NCBI GenBank assembly: GCA_965235115.1
Contig: OZ249445.1
Span: 13,392,001 to 13,456,000 of the forward strand
DNA length: 64,000 nucleotides
Reading direction: 5' to 3'
From: Laetmonice hystrix
Taxonomy: Eukaryota
Of this stretch, positions 1 through 12,973 are shown one piece after another. The notes beneath the pieces were generated by a model. That model saw only the letters and a program-made list of their open reading frames with translations. It had not been told where the DNA came from and made no database searches. The position numbers and the translations under genes are program-made. How positions within the stretch are numbered: the first letter of the stretch is position 1; the number at the start of each line of letters is the position of its first letter.

Positions 1-40
1 TTTATTCCTTTTATTCTTTTATATGAATAACTGCGGCCTT

Positions 41-290
41 TTATTTCTACTGTATGAGGCTGTGGCACTGGTATTAAGTGTCCGAACAATTATCCTATTT
101 CTACTATATAAGGCGGTGTCAGTGGCATCAAGAGAGGAACAATCATGCTCCGACTGTATGAGGTGCTGGCACTGGCAACAAGTAATCTAAATGACTTTTT
201 CATGCGTTATTCATGACACGACGATCCTGGCAACAGAAATCATCAAAACTCATTTCTTATTTATGAGGCTATGGTACCAGATTACAAGCA
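41..290. repeat. Old, highly degenerate tandem repeat, period about 58 bp
   Basis: Recurring variants of ctactgtatgaggc-tg-tggcactgg and atttct near 45, 98, 152 and 253. Confidence 0.4.
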
Positions 291-3200
291 AAAGATATCT
301 CAGGTTCTCGAATCCTTTGTCAAACTGGGGAAATGTCTGAGTGACCAGCCCTGCCGGCCAAACGTTTTGATATGGGAATGAAGATGGATGGAGGTGGAGT
401 CAATATGAAGGGATGCCGGGAGGAGGGCACTCCACTTGCTCTCATTACATGCCCATATCACATTAATACTTGCAGGGTCTTGGTATGAGTACAAAGCTTG
501 GCATCCCACAAGCAAACATTTACATACCCCGCCGGGATCGGCCGCGCCCCTTTCATAACCGCTCATATCTTCTGTCCCTACTCGTAAGTCCAGAGCCAAT
601 CTGACACCCAAAATATTGACACTGTATTGCGTGCAGCTGGCTTCCTATAGTGGTACACGGTAACTTTGACTAGAAATGTCTTCATACGTTTAGTGTTAAA
701 GTAACGGCTGTTACAAGCAGCCAACGATCAGGAGGGCCACGTGAAATGTGTCACACTACAAGACCTCTTCACAGACGACCGTTTGGATTATCTTTCTTTC
801 TGCCTGTTACATTTGTCGCGGCCATTCGATGATTTCTTCATAAGGTTTTATAAATGATGATACACAGTTATGACACATTGCAGCTGCAATACACGGCTCC
901 CGTTAACATCATAAACATTTCAAAGCACCTGTTTACTCCTAGTTAAAAGAAAACCACTCAAACGTCTTAAGTGTTTCAGGCAATATAAGACAATCATGTA
1001 TCTCTCAATCGGAGTCTTTATTCGTTACGAGTTGCGAAAGAACGGCTAACCCCGCCATCCAGGCCAGCTCTTCGGGATTTTTATGATACATTTTACGTTC
1101 CAAATAATGAAAATTACAACTTTGAGAGAAATCACAAGAGGCTGTCGTACTGACAAGTGTTGTTTTTATTTCCATGCCTTCAATCTGTTGTCAGTTTTTC
1201 TTATCTTCTACAATGCTTCTTTGTTTGTAATTTGCTGGTTTTCCTTCCAATAAAATACAGAATTGCAACATCTTATCCGTACCCGGAATTCTAAAAAGAG
1301 GAACAATCTATGAATTAAACAATAGTTACTCTTAATTCCACTGCAAATTGACTTGCGCGTTCCTATATAAACATCACATTAAACACAAAGGATTCAATCC
1401 TCTTATTTTTTTCTTGAAGGCAATGTTATCGCCAGTCTCCACACAACCGAACAATATCACATCCTAATCTTCAATCAAATGTCATAATGCGTCAGCTCTG
1501 CATCAACCGAGAGGAAACGGTTTGGCTAAGAGATAATTTTGTCCTGTAAAATGACGGCCAGTTTTTCAACTGCAACTTCAGCTGATTCAAGTACTGCTGG
1601 GAAACAGACAAAAGATCTGGCACCGGATTTCTGTGCTGTTTCAAGTATAAACATTTACGTCTGCATTTAAAACAAAACCTCAAGGAGGATTTGTTCCGTC
1701 TTTTATTCTCGCCTACGGTCATAAAATATTTGTCCCCTTAAGGCTTTCGCCTACATTCTTAAATGTATTATAGGAAGACATGCCCAGGGTCATCACAATT
1801 GAAAGCCCCCAACTATCTTAAAACTTACAGAAATAAGAAAGGATAGAGTGCCAAAAGTGAATAAGACTAAAAGGGAGATGGCACAACTGCTTCCACTTTT
1901 CAAAGCCAAAGAGACTTTTAAGCCTTCTCTTAAACTTCTTTTTGACGCGACTTGTCATTCAAACCACTGCAATTCTACCTATTAGAACATGCTTGTTTAA
2001 TTTACTTCTACAGTTCTAAGATTTTGTTCAGTTATCATTATTCTGAATAAGAATTTGGAGAGCAGAGAAAGAATTTATCTTCAGAGCATCTTTGATATTC
2101 TTCATAATAACATGCATGTAATAACATGCCAGCCGGCGGACCTGTAATTCAGATTTCTGACACGTTCGAAGGTGAAAGCGGCGGCACTGGGGAGATGTGA
2201 CTAAAGGGAAGAAAGCGACAAAAATCCCGTTGAGAAAGAAGTTAAAAGCATCCTAACCATTCGAGTGTAAGAAACTCTGCAGCATAAAATACTGGCTAGA
2301 CAGGGACTAAGGCAAAAAAGATTGCATCACTATAGAGCTTACAGATTGTCCTGTGGTAATGATTGAGTTCAAAACTGAAAAATCCCTGTTCATTTATGAC
2401 GCTCCATATGCCGCCTGTTCAGCAGGGGTTAGCTGTAGATCTGCAGTTTTGTTCAGCTGCCTGTGGTCTCTCATTACGTTGAATTGAGAGAGATTTATGA
2501 GAGAAACCGTTTGTTCACCATGGCTGTGAGGCATTACGTCGGCATCACGTGGTCGGACCGTAAGGTGGGGGCGTTCCCGGGTAACTTCCTGTCAGGGGTC
2601 ACCAAACTCGACGATTCGTCCCCTCGGCAGTCAATGGCTGCCACTGAACTTCCTCTACTCACAGTGGCGCACCCTGGTGGTCAGGTTAATGTGCTCAATT
2701 CAGGCTCGCCACAACCAATCACAGTCATCGGTACAATTGGTGCGCTGCAGTCTTTGAAACGCACACATGGTGGTTGGTTAATCTTAGAGGTCATCACTGT
2801 CCGATTCTTCCATGAGGCATGAGTGGACGTAATGCACAGCACGGAGGCCCTCACCAACACTCGGACCAGGCCGGGGACCGGGGGGGCGAAAACTGCTAGC
2901 CAACAATAGGAGATCTGGCTTCATCATCATAAAATCTTGGTCAGAATAACGAGGGATTGAATACAGCATCGATCGACACTATCGGCAATCTGCATCTCCT
3001 ACTCGAGTCCATCCGCCATATTGGATCATCCGAACTGGGCAAAACTACAACTGCTGCCAAATTCTTCAGGGCACAGATTGACTGATTCTGCCACAGCATC
3101 CAACACAGCCTGACCTCCATTTAGCTTGAGTCAGTTGAGGTGATGAGGAGAGCCAAGCATGAAGTCTTTTTCATGACGACATGACCGACATGAAATGCAA

Positions 3201-3479
3201 ATCATGTCAGCCATTGAGCAAGCTCTTCAGGGTATAAGCATTGGTATGGGTCTGTGGTGGTCTCAACGTCAATAATGCGATTAGGTGTCGGTGTGCAATT
3301 GATGTAGTGTTAGGGGTTGGGAGGAAGATCGATCAGACCTCGAACTACATCCAATACCCCGCATCACATGGACAGCTCAATGAACCAGAGCAATAATAGA
3401 ACGCACGACTTCTGCAAGAAATTATCAACCCACATCTATCTACATCATCAGAATACAACTTCAAATAAAAGAAGATGCT

Positions 3480-4075
3480 TCTTTATGATTTATGTAAATT
3501 TCTCTAAATTCTGAAAGTCTATTCGTAAATTAAAAGCTCCAAGACAATTTGTCTTGCTATGATTTTTTTGGACTGCTATAGGTTAACATTAAGGGTAAAC
3601 CGATACACGCGTCTTTCCGCCACATCCTTGACACGATACCTCCAGGCTACCGACACACCCGTTCCTTCATTCTCCGACAGATCATTTTCCCAACACAGAG
3701 CGGAGCTTGTGATGAAGATATTGACTCAAACCGTCGTGTTTACACCCAACCTAAACCTGAGCGGCACCAGTTTTCATGTCAGTATGGATCTTACTCACCA
3801 ATCAATCAGACATAATTTAAATATTAATTCCTGCAATGGAAACCCTAGCAACCTAGAAAAACAACTTTCCATCTTGCCAACCAGTTTGAAGAAGGGAGAA
3901 TTTATGGTCAAAATAGATTCGATCGACACATTCCGTACCATCATTCCCCACCAGAAAAAATCAATGATTCTCAGACTAGACATTTCTTTATGCAATATAA
4001 TTCCACCTGTGCATCATCTCCGTCTCCAGTGCACTGCGTTTTCTATGTTTTCAAATGTCCGCGTGCCTACTTTAT
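3480..4075 (+). pseudogene. Decayed reverse-transcriptase fragment of a DIRS1-like (tyrosine recombinase) retrotransposon
   Basis: ORF 3559-4077 reads KQLSILPTSLKKGEFMVKIDSIDTFRTIIPHQKKSMILRL, resembling the DIRS RT block L.KGD.M.KIDLKDAY..IP.H....YLRF. Upstream are DCYRLTL (GY.L.F-like) and SKF*KSI. There is no YxDD motif, and the fragment ends just before the TTAA MITE at 4098. Judged by eye. Confidence 0.45.
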
Positions 4076-4097
4076 GATATTACATTTTTGCTGTTAA

Positions 4098-4443
4098 AGG
4101 GAATAGAAATGTTCCTCACTAACGTACCTTTGAACACCAGTAACACCATATAAAGTGTCTAAGGTCACACCGATAAGTGGAACACTGTCAACGGTGACTT
4201 TTTAAAAATATCGCCCGGGTCATTCGCTATTTCCCATGCCAGACAGCGGGAGCTATATCTATTAATAGATTGAGATAAGGGCCAAATAGGGTAAACAAAG
4301 GGACGAAGCCAGCGGGAGAATGTCTCTACATTTCGGTTGATTATTCCTTTATTAAAGATCAGATAATCACAGAATTGTACGTAAGAACAAACTTGTTCAT
4401 GCTGAACACCCTTATATTGATAGTTTGAACTTTTCTATTCCCT
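4098..4443. mobile_element. Kolobok-like (T2-type) MITE, copy 1
   Basis: TIR agggaatagaaa / tttctattccct, flanked by TTAA at 4094-4097 and 4444-4447. A near-identical copy lies at 8341-8685. TTAA TSD with AG..CT termini fits Kolobok rather than piggyBac. Confidence 0.85.
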
Positions 4444-4497
4444 TTAAGATAAATTATGTACTGAGGAATACACGCTCACAAAGTCACATATACTCAC

Positions 4498-4626
4498 CCA
4501 GAAGAGAACGTTGAAGGCAAAGAAGACGAACTTGAGACACGTATATCCTGATATTGCTTTTGCGCCTCCTCGCCCGTGTCCGTAGCCGCGGCCGTAGCCT
4601 CGCCCATATCCGCGTCCGTATCCCAT
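4498..4626 (-). CDS. Tetraspanin, first coding exon (N-terminal tail and TM1)
   Basis: MGYGRGYGRGYGRGYGHGRGGAKAISGYTCLKFVFFAFNVLFW matches the tetraspanin C.KY..F.FN..FW signature. It ends in a phase-0 donor TGG|gtgagt, the usual tetraspanin intron position. Upstream acceptor cttgcttcag at 4661-4670. Downstream exons were not found in the window. Confidence 0.85.
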
Positions 4627-7600
4627 CTTGTGTGTGTGGAGCTCTCAAAGTTCAAATAACCTGAAGCAAGAAGATCGCAATCTATGAGATCAGTGCCACA
4701 CATCATCCTCACGCTGACACTCAATGGAGGCAGACAAAGATCTACCGTTCCGCTGAGTGTCTGTGAACCGAGGGCAAAGGTCACGGGTCGGATTCCTTGA
4801 TCCCACCCAGTCCGCCGGCTACACTAACAATCTCCTTCTTCTACGTTAAAGGTTATCAACCGGGACAGACTCTAAATACGGTCTCTCACATAATGTCAGT
4901 GTCTCAAAAAATTCCAAACCATGAAAACTACCACCTTTCCCTTCATTTCTAACCAGAATTTCTTCACCAGTTTACTAAACCTTCATTGCTACAGTGTGCT
5001 GCATTTAATGGCAATTCTCCCCGGGACATGGAACAATCGGTATCCATCAATATTCTTCCCAATATGTAGGTGGTTGATATTTTTTCCAACGAACCACTGG
5101 TATTTTCCCCAGTGAGATGAGAACAAAAGGCTGCAGCGTGAGTTATATTTCGTGCCGACCGACATCAGCAGTGATGCGTTACCAAGCGTAGTTAAGCAAA
5201 GCTCAACAACACGTATCACATGATCCTGGCCACAGGGGACGAGCCTCCTGCCAGTCCCCACCACCAGATCACAATCTGTCAGTCGTTCACTGACTCTACC
5301 ACACACTTACACCACACACAACCAACTCCTCGCAAATCAACGCTCGAGAAAGATTCTATTAGTTATTTTTAATTTTGACTAAGAAAAATATGTTTTTTAG
5401 GGATTGGTGTTTTGAGAATTGAGAATTCTCATTGAAAGTCGACGAAATAAAAGTTCTATTTATCCTATGCTATGTCTATGAATGCTCAGTGCTCAGGAGG
5501 TTCCGACTACAAGAGTCGTTGCTCATTGCGTGGAAACAATGTTGCGGCAATAAAAGTTGCCCGATGTTTACCCATGTTAACGCCCTAAAATACCAGTTTG
5601 TCCCTTAAAAGAAGCTGTTACGTGAAGTCCTGCAAGCTGCCACGACTCAGCTCAAGTGGCGGTGGCGGCGGCAGACAGCTCGTGGTACCAACACTTTCCT
5701 GTCTCCCCCGGCAATCCTTTCTACTGACCCTTCAGTCTCGATGGAAACTGACAGAAACGGATGAGACCGTCTCAGAGCTCCACCGACTTAACCCCGACTG
5801 ACAGCTACTCAGACTTTCAGCCAAACTGGGCAAAGACAATTTCCTTCTCGACATCGGCTGTGTTCACCCTCCCACTTACGCCACTAAATATACTATTGAT
5901 CTTCTCTTCTGAAAAAAATCTATTCTATAAGCAATAATCGCATATGGAACAATATCGTTGGCATGTGTTCTCCTTGGGGTGCCACACTTAGAAAGACGTT
6001 CTGTGAATATAAAGCCCACAGAATGCCGATCCATATCAAAGGTGCGAATCTAGCCGGGAGGTGAGGAGGAGTTTTACCACGTACATCCCCTCCAGTCAGT
6101 GGTGCGAACTGACACACGGTTGTCGCCGTATAATATCCGCTGCTATGTATTTCACAGTTGAAGCAGAATCTGGACGCGGGGTTACCGGAGGCAATCAACA
6201 TGGTTTCCTACCTTAAGGCATGACTTAGGAAATCTACTCCTGCCGTGGCACTTTTATTCTTCAAGACTTCAATCATGCCACTTCAATTGATTACTATCCT
6301 AATGACTACTTTTTCCCCGGAATGGACTTCGATTTTACCTCCAACTTTAAGATATCATATTGTCGTTGTGAGAGGAGAAAAAAACATCAGGTTTTGGATT
6401 TACCAAGACAACTGGCGATTTTATCGTGTGAAATTCCCTTCAAGCAAAACATGGTTTGACAGCATTCAATTTCATTAAATGTCCATGGAGTTTTGCACAG
6501 GGCATTTTCAGCAACTTTGACTTTGTTCCTCCCCGAGATGAATCTGCCGCAAGGTCTAGGACAACATTTTCTGAGCCTACATCTGAACAGGAAATTAGAT
6601 TCCCGTTCGATCGGGAACTCTAATGGCGTTGAATTACAACATTTTAACCACCTCAGAGACGGCGCAAGCTTTACAACTTACCGAGATGAAAAACATTTAT
6701 TAAGAGTAGTCCTTCTATTAACCGTACAATAGGTTTGAACAAAAGCCACGACTCTGGAAATTGTAATGAAATTCCATGCCGATCAATAAATTCAAATATG
6801 AAAACACCAAACTAGTGTTTTTTTTAATCAGAGAAGTCTCAAGTGTACCGCGCCATACCAAAGCTCGTCTGGAGTAGTTAACGGGTTCAAGTGATTTATT
6901 TCAAGTGTGCCAGACAACTGACAATTAAAAAAGGATCCATTCGAAGTTGGCAAGAAGAGATGCAGCAAGTGTGAACTCTACTAACCCAATCTCAAGTCAG
7001 TCATAGTTAGTTGCCAATACGCTTTAGAAGGTATTTTGTTTAAATCTGCATAACTGAACGACCCACCTTTAAGATCTACACAACACGAGGCGGGTTGTTG
7101 CTGAGGCTGATGGTTGTTGCTGAGGCTGATGATGGCGTGTGACGACAGGCTGCCGTTTTGCCTGCCTTGGTTTTCCCCTCAGATTAAACAAGCCACATAC
7201 ATCAGCACATGAGCTGACGCACCAGGCGGGGCCTCGAGCGAATTCAACTCTCATTCAAACTGACACGAGATTGAACAGCCATTCTTCAACACTGCCGCTA
7301 ACTTCGTTTTAACATCCCCCGACTGGAACCTGATTGGTCAGCTGAAAGACCCTATAAACTTGCGCCGTCTTCAATTTGTGTTCTGGGCCGATGGAAATAT
7401 GGGCCTAATGAGGTGGTGCATCCAGCCTTCCTTCCAGCAAAGTCAGTGCTCCAGCTTCCAACGCTCGGGAAATTACTTCCCAGACCGTCTGATTGGCATC
7501 TGGTTTTAACCAAGAGAAACTTCGCTTCCATGCCACCGTCACGGATGAGGTGAGAGCTGTCTAAAGCTTCAACATTCCCGAAATTTTATTAAATATAAGC

Positions 7601-8340
7601 TCAGGTATGAAAAAAAAGAAATGTTATTCCAATCCGAGAAGCATCCCTCTGGTTTAACCTTTAGCAAATTGAAGCCATGGCCTGAATAGGAGAATTTATT
7701 GTCAGGTCGGATATCGTTGTTGGGCGCTGATCTGACAAGCGCAGAGGAGAACCAGAGATTTTTGCCAAACCTCATTTATCATTAACGTCAAGCATAGCTT
7801 AATGCACATGTAGTAGTTTATTAAAAGATCTATGCTTGCTCCCAGGCCCGCCATCAAAGCCAATCAAACGCCATAAACAATATCCGTACCTCTCCATCGT
7901 GCGGGAGTTTGAGGATCACATGCGTGCCGCCTGACTGCCCACAGTCCCTGGATCACCGACTGACCCACCACCCCCTGAGCTCTCTATCTCTCTCCAGAAT
8001 TGATTATGTCACGTAATGTCGTATTTTTGATCCCAACGCTGCCTATCCTAGATCATGCCACCCGGCGTGCTGGTCCAGCTTTGTCCCTTCCATCCCTTCC
8101 TCCCCTCCTCAATCTAAAGTTGCCTTCTCCTTCCCCACGCAGAGATCATTGGTCTTTCCCAGTTAAAATTCTATCAACTCTTACCTGACAATACCTCTTT
8201 CTTTCTTTGTTATTTTAATAATGTACACGGTCGACTGTAACCACGACACACGGAACCCGTAAATAACAACTGACGCAATATTGACAGTAATGGTTCTACC
8301 AGTCCACTTGCTGCAGCCATTAGTGACTCTGTAGCCTTAA

Positions 8341-8685
8341 AGGGAATAGAAAAATTCCTCACTAACATACCTTTGAACACCAGTAACACCATATAAAGTG
8401 TCTAAGGTCACACCGATAAGTGGAACACTGTCAACGGCGACTTTTTAAAAATACCGCCCGGGTCATTGCTATTTCCCACGCGAGACAGCAGGAACTATAT
8501 CTATTAATAGATTGAGATAAGGGCCAAATAGGGTAAACAAAGGGACGAAGCCAGCAGGAGAATGTCTCTACATTTCGGTTGATTATTCCTTTATTAAAGA
8601 TCAGATAATCACAGAATTGTAGGTAAGAACAAGCTTGTTCATGCTGAACACCCTTATATTGATAGTTTGAAGTTTTCCATTCCCT
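8341..8685. mobile_element. Kolobok-like (T2-type) MITE, copy 2
   Basis: Same sequence and orientation as 4098-4443 with scattered substitutions. TTAA at 8337-8340 and 8686-8689. Confidence 0.85.
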
Positions 8686-9571
8686 TTAACCGACTGCACA
8701 CACTCCCTGACGTTTATTGTCCTACTTTGGAAGCTTCTTTCATGAGCGAGCTGCAATAAAACAATAGTTCGAGCAGGATCTCGAAGAGCATATAATAGGT
8801 TGCGACATTTCAATACACACACCAATTAGTAAGAAAAAACCTGTGTTCTTCCTTTGAAACAAGAGTGATCACATTGAATTACAAGTCGTATGTTCTCCCT
8901 GAGATAAACTTCCTCTGATTACAATCATGTGTGATTTCCTATACCAGATGATGTTCAGATATATATGAGAACACCGAGAAACAACTTGCCAGGTCTACTT
9001 TGACCATTAAATCCTGGATACTGACCATGCGATCCTTAACCTACTTAGGGAATACCTGATTTATACCGTTCATATTGTGATATACGCGAGTCGAGCGTCT
9101 CCCTGTCCGACAGCTGCCTCGTTTGTCTCGCTCAGCGACGTTACAACCTCCAGAGGGTGATACTGTACCGAGCGACCTGCAGGGATAAAACCACTCCCGC
9201 AGCACATTCCCGGGCCGCACACATATAGTGGTTTATGGTATATAGTACTAGTTTATGACTGTGTGAAACACGGTTTCCTTCGGTCACTGATGTCCCTGTA
9301 CGATCCTTGTTACCCTAGTATCCCAGAATCAAATGATGTCGGTTCCCTCTCTGGTCAACTAGCGGACACGTGATTGGCGGGGGGCTGTATATATCCATTT
9401 TTCTATCATTTTACTTCTATCGAGGATATATGTAGTCGTTCCATGAAGCGCTGATTTGCGACGATTCTCAGAAACACACCAATCTCCTTCTGTGTGGAGG
9501 GACGTGACGGTATAACCCCCCCTGCATTCCCATGGACGGACGGCTCTATCTGACCGCTGACCTTTCCTTCC

Positions 9572-10078
9572 GTGTTATGACACAGACGTGCATCAATGAG
9601 GGACGAGCCTGTGTTATGACACAGACGTGAATCAATGAGGGACGAGCCTGTGTTATGACACAGACGTCAATCAATGAGGGACGAGCCTGTGTTATGACAC
9701 AGACGTGAATCGATGATGGACGAGCCTGTGTTATGACACAGACGTGAATCAATGAGGGACGAGCCTGTGTTATGACACAGACGTGAATCAATGAGGGACG
9801 AGCCTGTGTTATGACACAGACGTCAATCAATGAGGGACGAGCCTGTGTTATGACACAGACGTCAATCAATGAGGGACGAGCCTGTGTTATGACACAGACG
9901 TGAATCAATGAGGGACGAGCCTGTGTTATGACACAGACGTCAATCAATGAGGGACGAGCCTGTGTTATGACACAGACGTCAATCAATGAGGGACGAGCCT
10001 GTGTTATGACACAGACGTCAATCAATGAGGGACGAGCCTGTGTTATGACACAGACGTCAATCAATGAGGGACGAGCCT
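9572..10078. repeat. Minisatellite, 39-bp unit x13
   Basis: Unit gtgttatgacacagacgt(g/c)aatcaatgagggacgagcct; 507 bp = 13 x 39; no spacers. Confidence 0.95.
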
Positions 10079-11011
10079 GTTTGGCCGTGTTTTCCTACTC
10101 ATCATTATTCACTCCCCTATTATTATCAAAGTTTGTAAGGGACCATTTTTTTCAGATGACACCAATGACGACACGGCGATTCCTAATATGGGATACAGCT
10201 CATGAGGCTTGAGATAATCCGTAACGCTAACAGTTTCAAGTTGTCGGAGATCTGCGGATCGGATAACATTCAGGCAGAAACTCCATGGAACCAGGCCACC
10301 AACTGTTTCCGCCAATTTACCGACAACTACACGTTATATATTGACAACACACAGAGTCCGGAGACCTATTCTGTTATCTGACTGACATGGCACGGACCAC
10401 TGGCAGCTGTTCTACACCAGATAATGGCGATACCGATGGATTGGAGCCACCTAATGTTGTTCCATAGTCAACAATGGAAAATGAACTACATCCTGAGACT
10501 GCGACCAAATACCCAGTTGATCTACACGTTTGTGAACATCTAGAACTTGCCCGATATTTCTATTCTCAAAGATATATTGTCCGCACCTGGTTCAAGCCAG
10601 ATTTTCACCCCCCCCCCTACCTGAAGACAATTTATAATCTCGACTTGCCTATCCTGGGGGAAGTGTCCCTATGACGGATGGGCGCGGTGGAAGTGGTGTT
10701 TCAGCCACAGAGACAGGCGGATTTCTCCTGTCCCGCCGGCGGCCCGCGTCAGGACCCAGACACGGCAGCTGTGAACCACGGCTGACGGCTCACAACTTGT
10801 GTCCATGGTTTTCTCACAGACTACACTCAACAACAATGTCCGGATTTATTAGCCGTCACCATGGCGACAACTTTACACCAGTTGACGGCCGCTGACCTGT
10901 CTCATCGATCTGGTTGAGTTTACAGAAATGCTGCATGCGAATCGACAAGTGTTTTCTCTCCCTGAGTGTGTGACAATATAACGGTAGCTGCCAGTGACGA
11001 TAGCACGGCTA

Positions 11012-11184
11012 CAGGGGCGTAGGAAGCTGGGGGCAGAGGGGGCTGCTGCCCCCCCCCCCCCCCCCAATATTTATAAAATGACTGTATGGCTCAATGCAAA
11101 AGCATCGGCGTAAGTCATTTTGACGTCACTTCTGGTCCCACCCCACCCCCCACCCCCAATATTTTTTTCCTTCCTACACTACTG
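11012..11184. mobile_element. Short non-autonomous DNA transposon with CAG termini and 6-bp TSD (hAT-like)
   Basis: Imperfect TIR caggggcgtaggaag / cttcctacactactg. Direct repeat cggcta on both flanks (11006-11011, 11185-11190). Confidence 0.7.
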
Positions 11185-11323
11185 CGGCTATATGACTCAT
11201 GGCTATTCACCATGATGAGAATGGTGCCTATAAGTGTTATTGTTAACATGAAAGATATCAAACATCAGCAGATGTATAACATCCATCTCCATGAAGCAGA
11301 TACAGGTAATTTATAACCGTTCA

Positions 11324-11685
11324 GTCTGCAAGGACGGGTTTAGAGCCAAGGACTGAGGCCATCTCCACCTACAGATTCCAGTCAGCTTACAACTTGTCCT
11401 AACCCGGCATTGTGAATAACTATCATACGGTCTGCTAACATACTGTCTGCAAGGCCGGGTTTAGAGTCAAGGACTGAGGCCATCTCCACCTACAGATTCC
11501 AGTCAGCTTACAACTTGTCATAATCCGTCATTGTGAATAACTACCATACGGTCTGCTAACATACTGTCTGCAAGGACGGGTTTAGAGCCAAGGACTGAGG
11601 CCATCTCCACCTACAGATTCCAGTCAGCTTACAACTTGTCATAATCCGTCATTGTGAATAACTATCATACGGTCTGCTAACATAC
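11324..11685. repeat. Tandem repeat, 121-bp unit x3
   Basis: gtctgcaagg(a/c)cgggtttagag... restarts at 11324, 11445 and 11566. Confidence 0.95.
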
Positions 11686-12532
11686 ATACATCTACTAATC
11701 GTCGCTTTCAGTGAAAGTAAAACGTTTCTATTTGTAGTTCTTTGTTTTTCCACTGACACTGTCCCGTGTTACAATGTCGGACGACCAGTGGTGGTGTTCG
11801 GGGAGCAGTGCCGACATTCTGTCCACGACTGCAGACAGACCATTTCCCATTCCTTGACATTCGGTGCCTCTACAGCTCTGAGACTGGCAACCTCTTTACA
11901 GTTTCTGGTCAAATGTCACGTGTACATGGTAAAAATGATCTCACCAGTACAATGTCACTACCCGTTCTCCATCAGTGCACATACAGAGACTGTCAGTAAG
12001 CCTGAGATCGTGGAAAGGAGAATTTTCAGACTAAGAAGTATATGGAGAGTAGAATTTTCAGCGACCACATAATTATTGCAAATTTTACCCCATAGCCATC
12101 TGCTTCAGGGTTATCAGCCTTTTGTAAGTTCTATTGATATCATAGAATTTCAATTTGTTGTGTAAAATGTATACGCAACACTTAGTTTAATGTGATTCTG
12201 GTTAGCCATGGAGTCGGTTCATCAACTTCAGGGCAAAGTAGACAGTCAATCTGTTTACGATAATGTTCTTTACAAACCCCTGACCATAGTTCACCACTCT
12301 GACTGTCTCCATTTATTACAACAACCATCTGTCATGGTGTCATCATCAGTGTCTTGTACAGGTTCTCCCCTGCACCACCTCCCCCATCCATCTCCAGCCC
12401 TACTCTAATGACGGCGAGTCGACCCAGACCCACCACTCATCTACTGACGTCCCATCATCAGCCACCCACCACTCGGTCCCATCGTCAGCCACCAACTCGG
12501 CCTGATCGGCAGAGAGGGAGTCAGGTCCCGCT

Positions 12533-12598
12533 CCCCCACCCCCACCCCCACCCCCACCCCCACCCCCACCCCCTCCCCCACCCCCACCCCCACCCCCC
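12533..12598. repeat. (CCCCCA)n simple repeat
   Basis: About 11 units of ccccca; G-rich on the minus strand. Confidence 0.9.
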
Positions 12599-12973
12599 TG
12601 CCGCCCGTGATCCAGCGGTACCCGGCGCCACACTTGATCTCTCTATCGAGGTTCCCGCCCACAGCAAACAGTTCTCCCTGCTGTCTCCACTGACGGATTG
12701 CATGACCAAGGACCCTTCGACTCGGGGCATTTTTCAAACTGGGTCATTAGTGGGTCGCTCCTGTAGCATGCTACCGACCAGCCTATCTCATTCTTTTATT
12801 CTGCTTCCCCTCCCTGCTTAATCAAGACAATGGGGTCAGAAGGTCGGCGGATGATGGTCGCTGTGAGAGGTCATACGTGGGTGGGGTTATCACGACCTAC
12901 AGTCGTGCATCAAGGGACCAGGGGTCATGTAACACGACACACTATGCGGCATGAGTGACCTGTCCAATGATAC

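Noticed and set aside
300-611. 103-aa minus-strand ORF as a downstream tetraspanin exon
   Set aside because: No tetraspanin TM2-4 or CCG motif, and no convincing splice sites in a compatible phase.
1492-1722. CFKCRRKC as a zinc finger or piggyBac cysteine-rich domain
   Set aside because: Only one CxxC-like pair, with no remaining ligands or flanking transposase.
9572-10078. 39-bp array as CRISPR or tandem hammerhead ribozymes
   Set aside because: There are no unique spacers and the context is eukaryotic. The atgagggacgag segment only superficially resembles CUGAUGA..GAAA; the core and stem II are absent.
12361-12821. Pro/His-rich ORFs and a possible in-frame TGA (selenocysteine)
   Set aside because: The ORFs arise from the (CCCCCA)n repeat. 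There is no redox motif and no SECIS was recognised.
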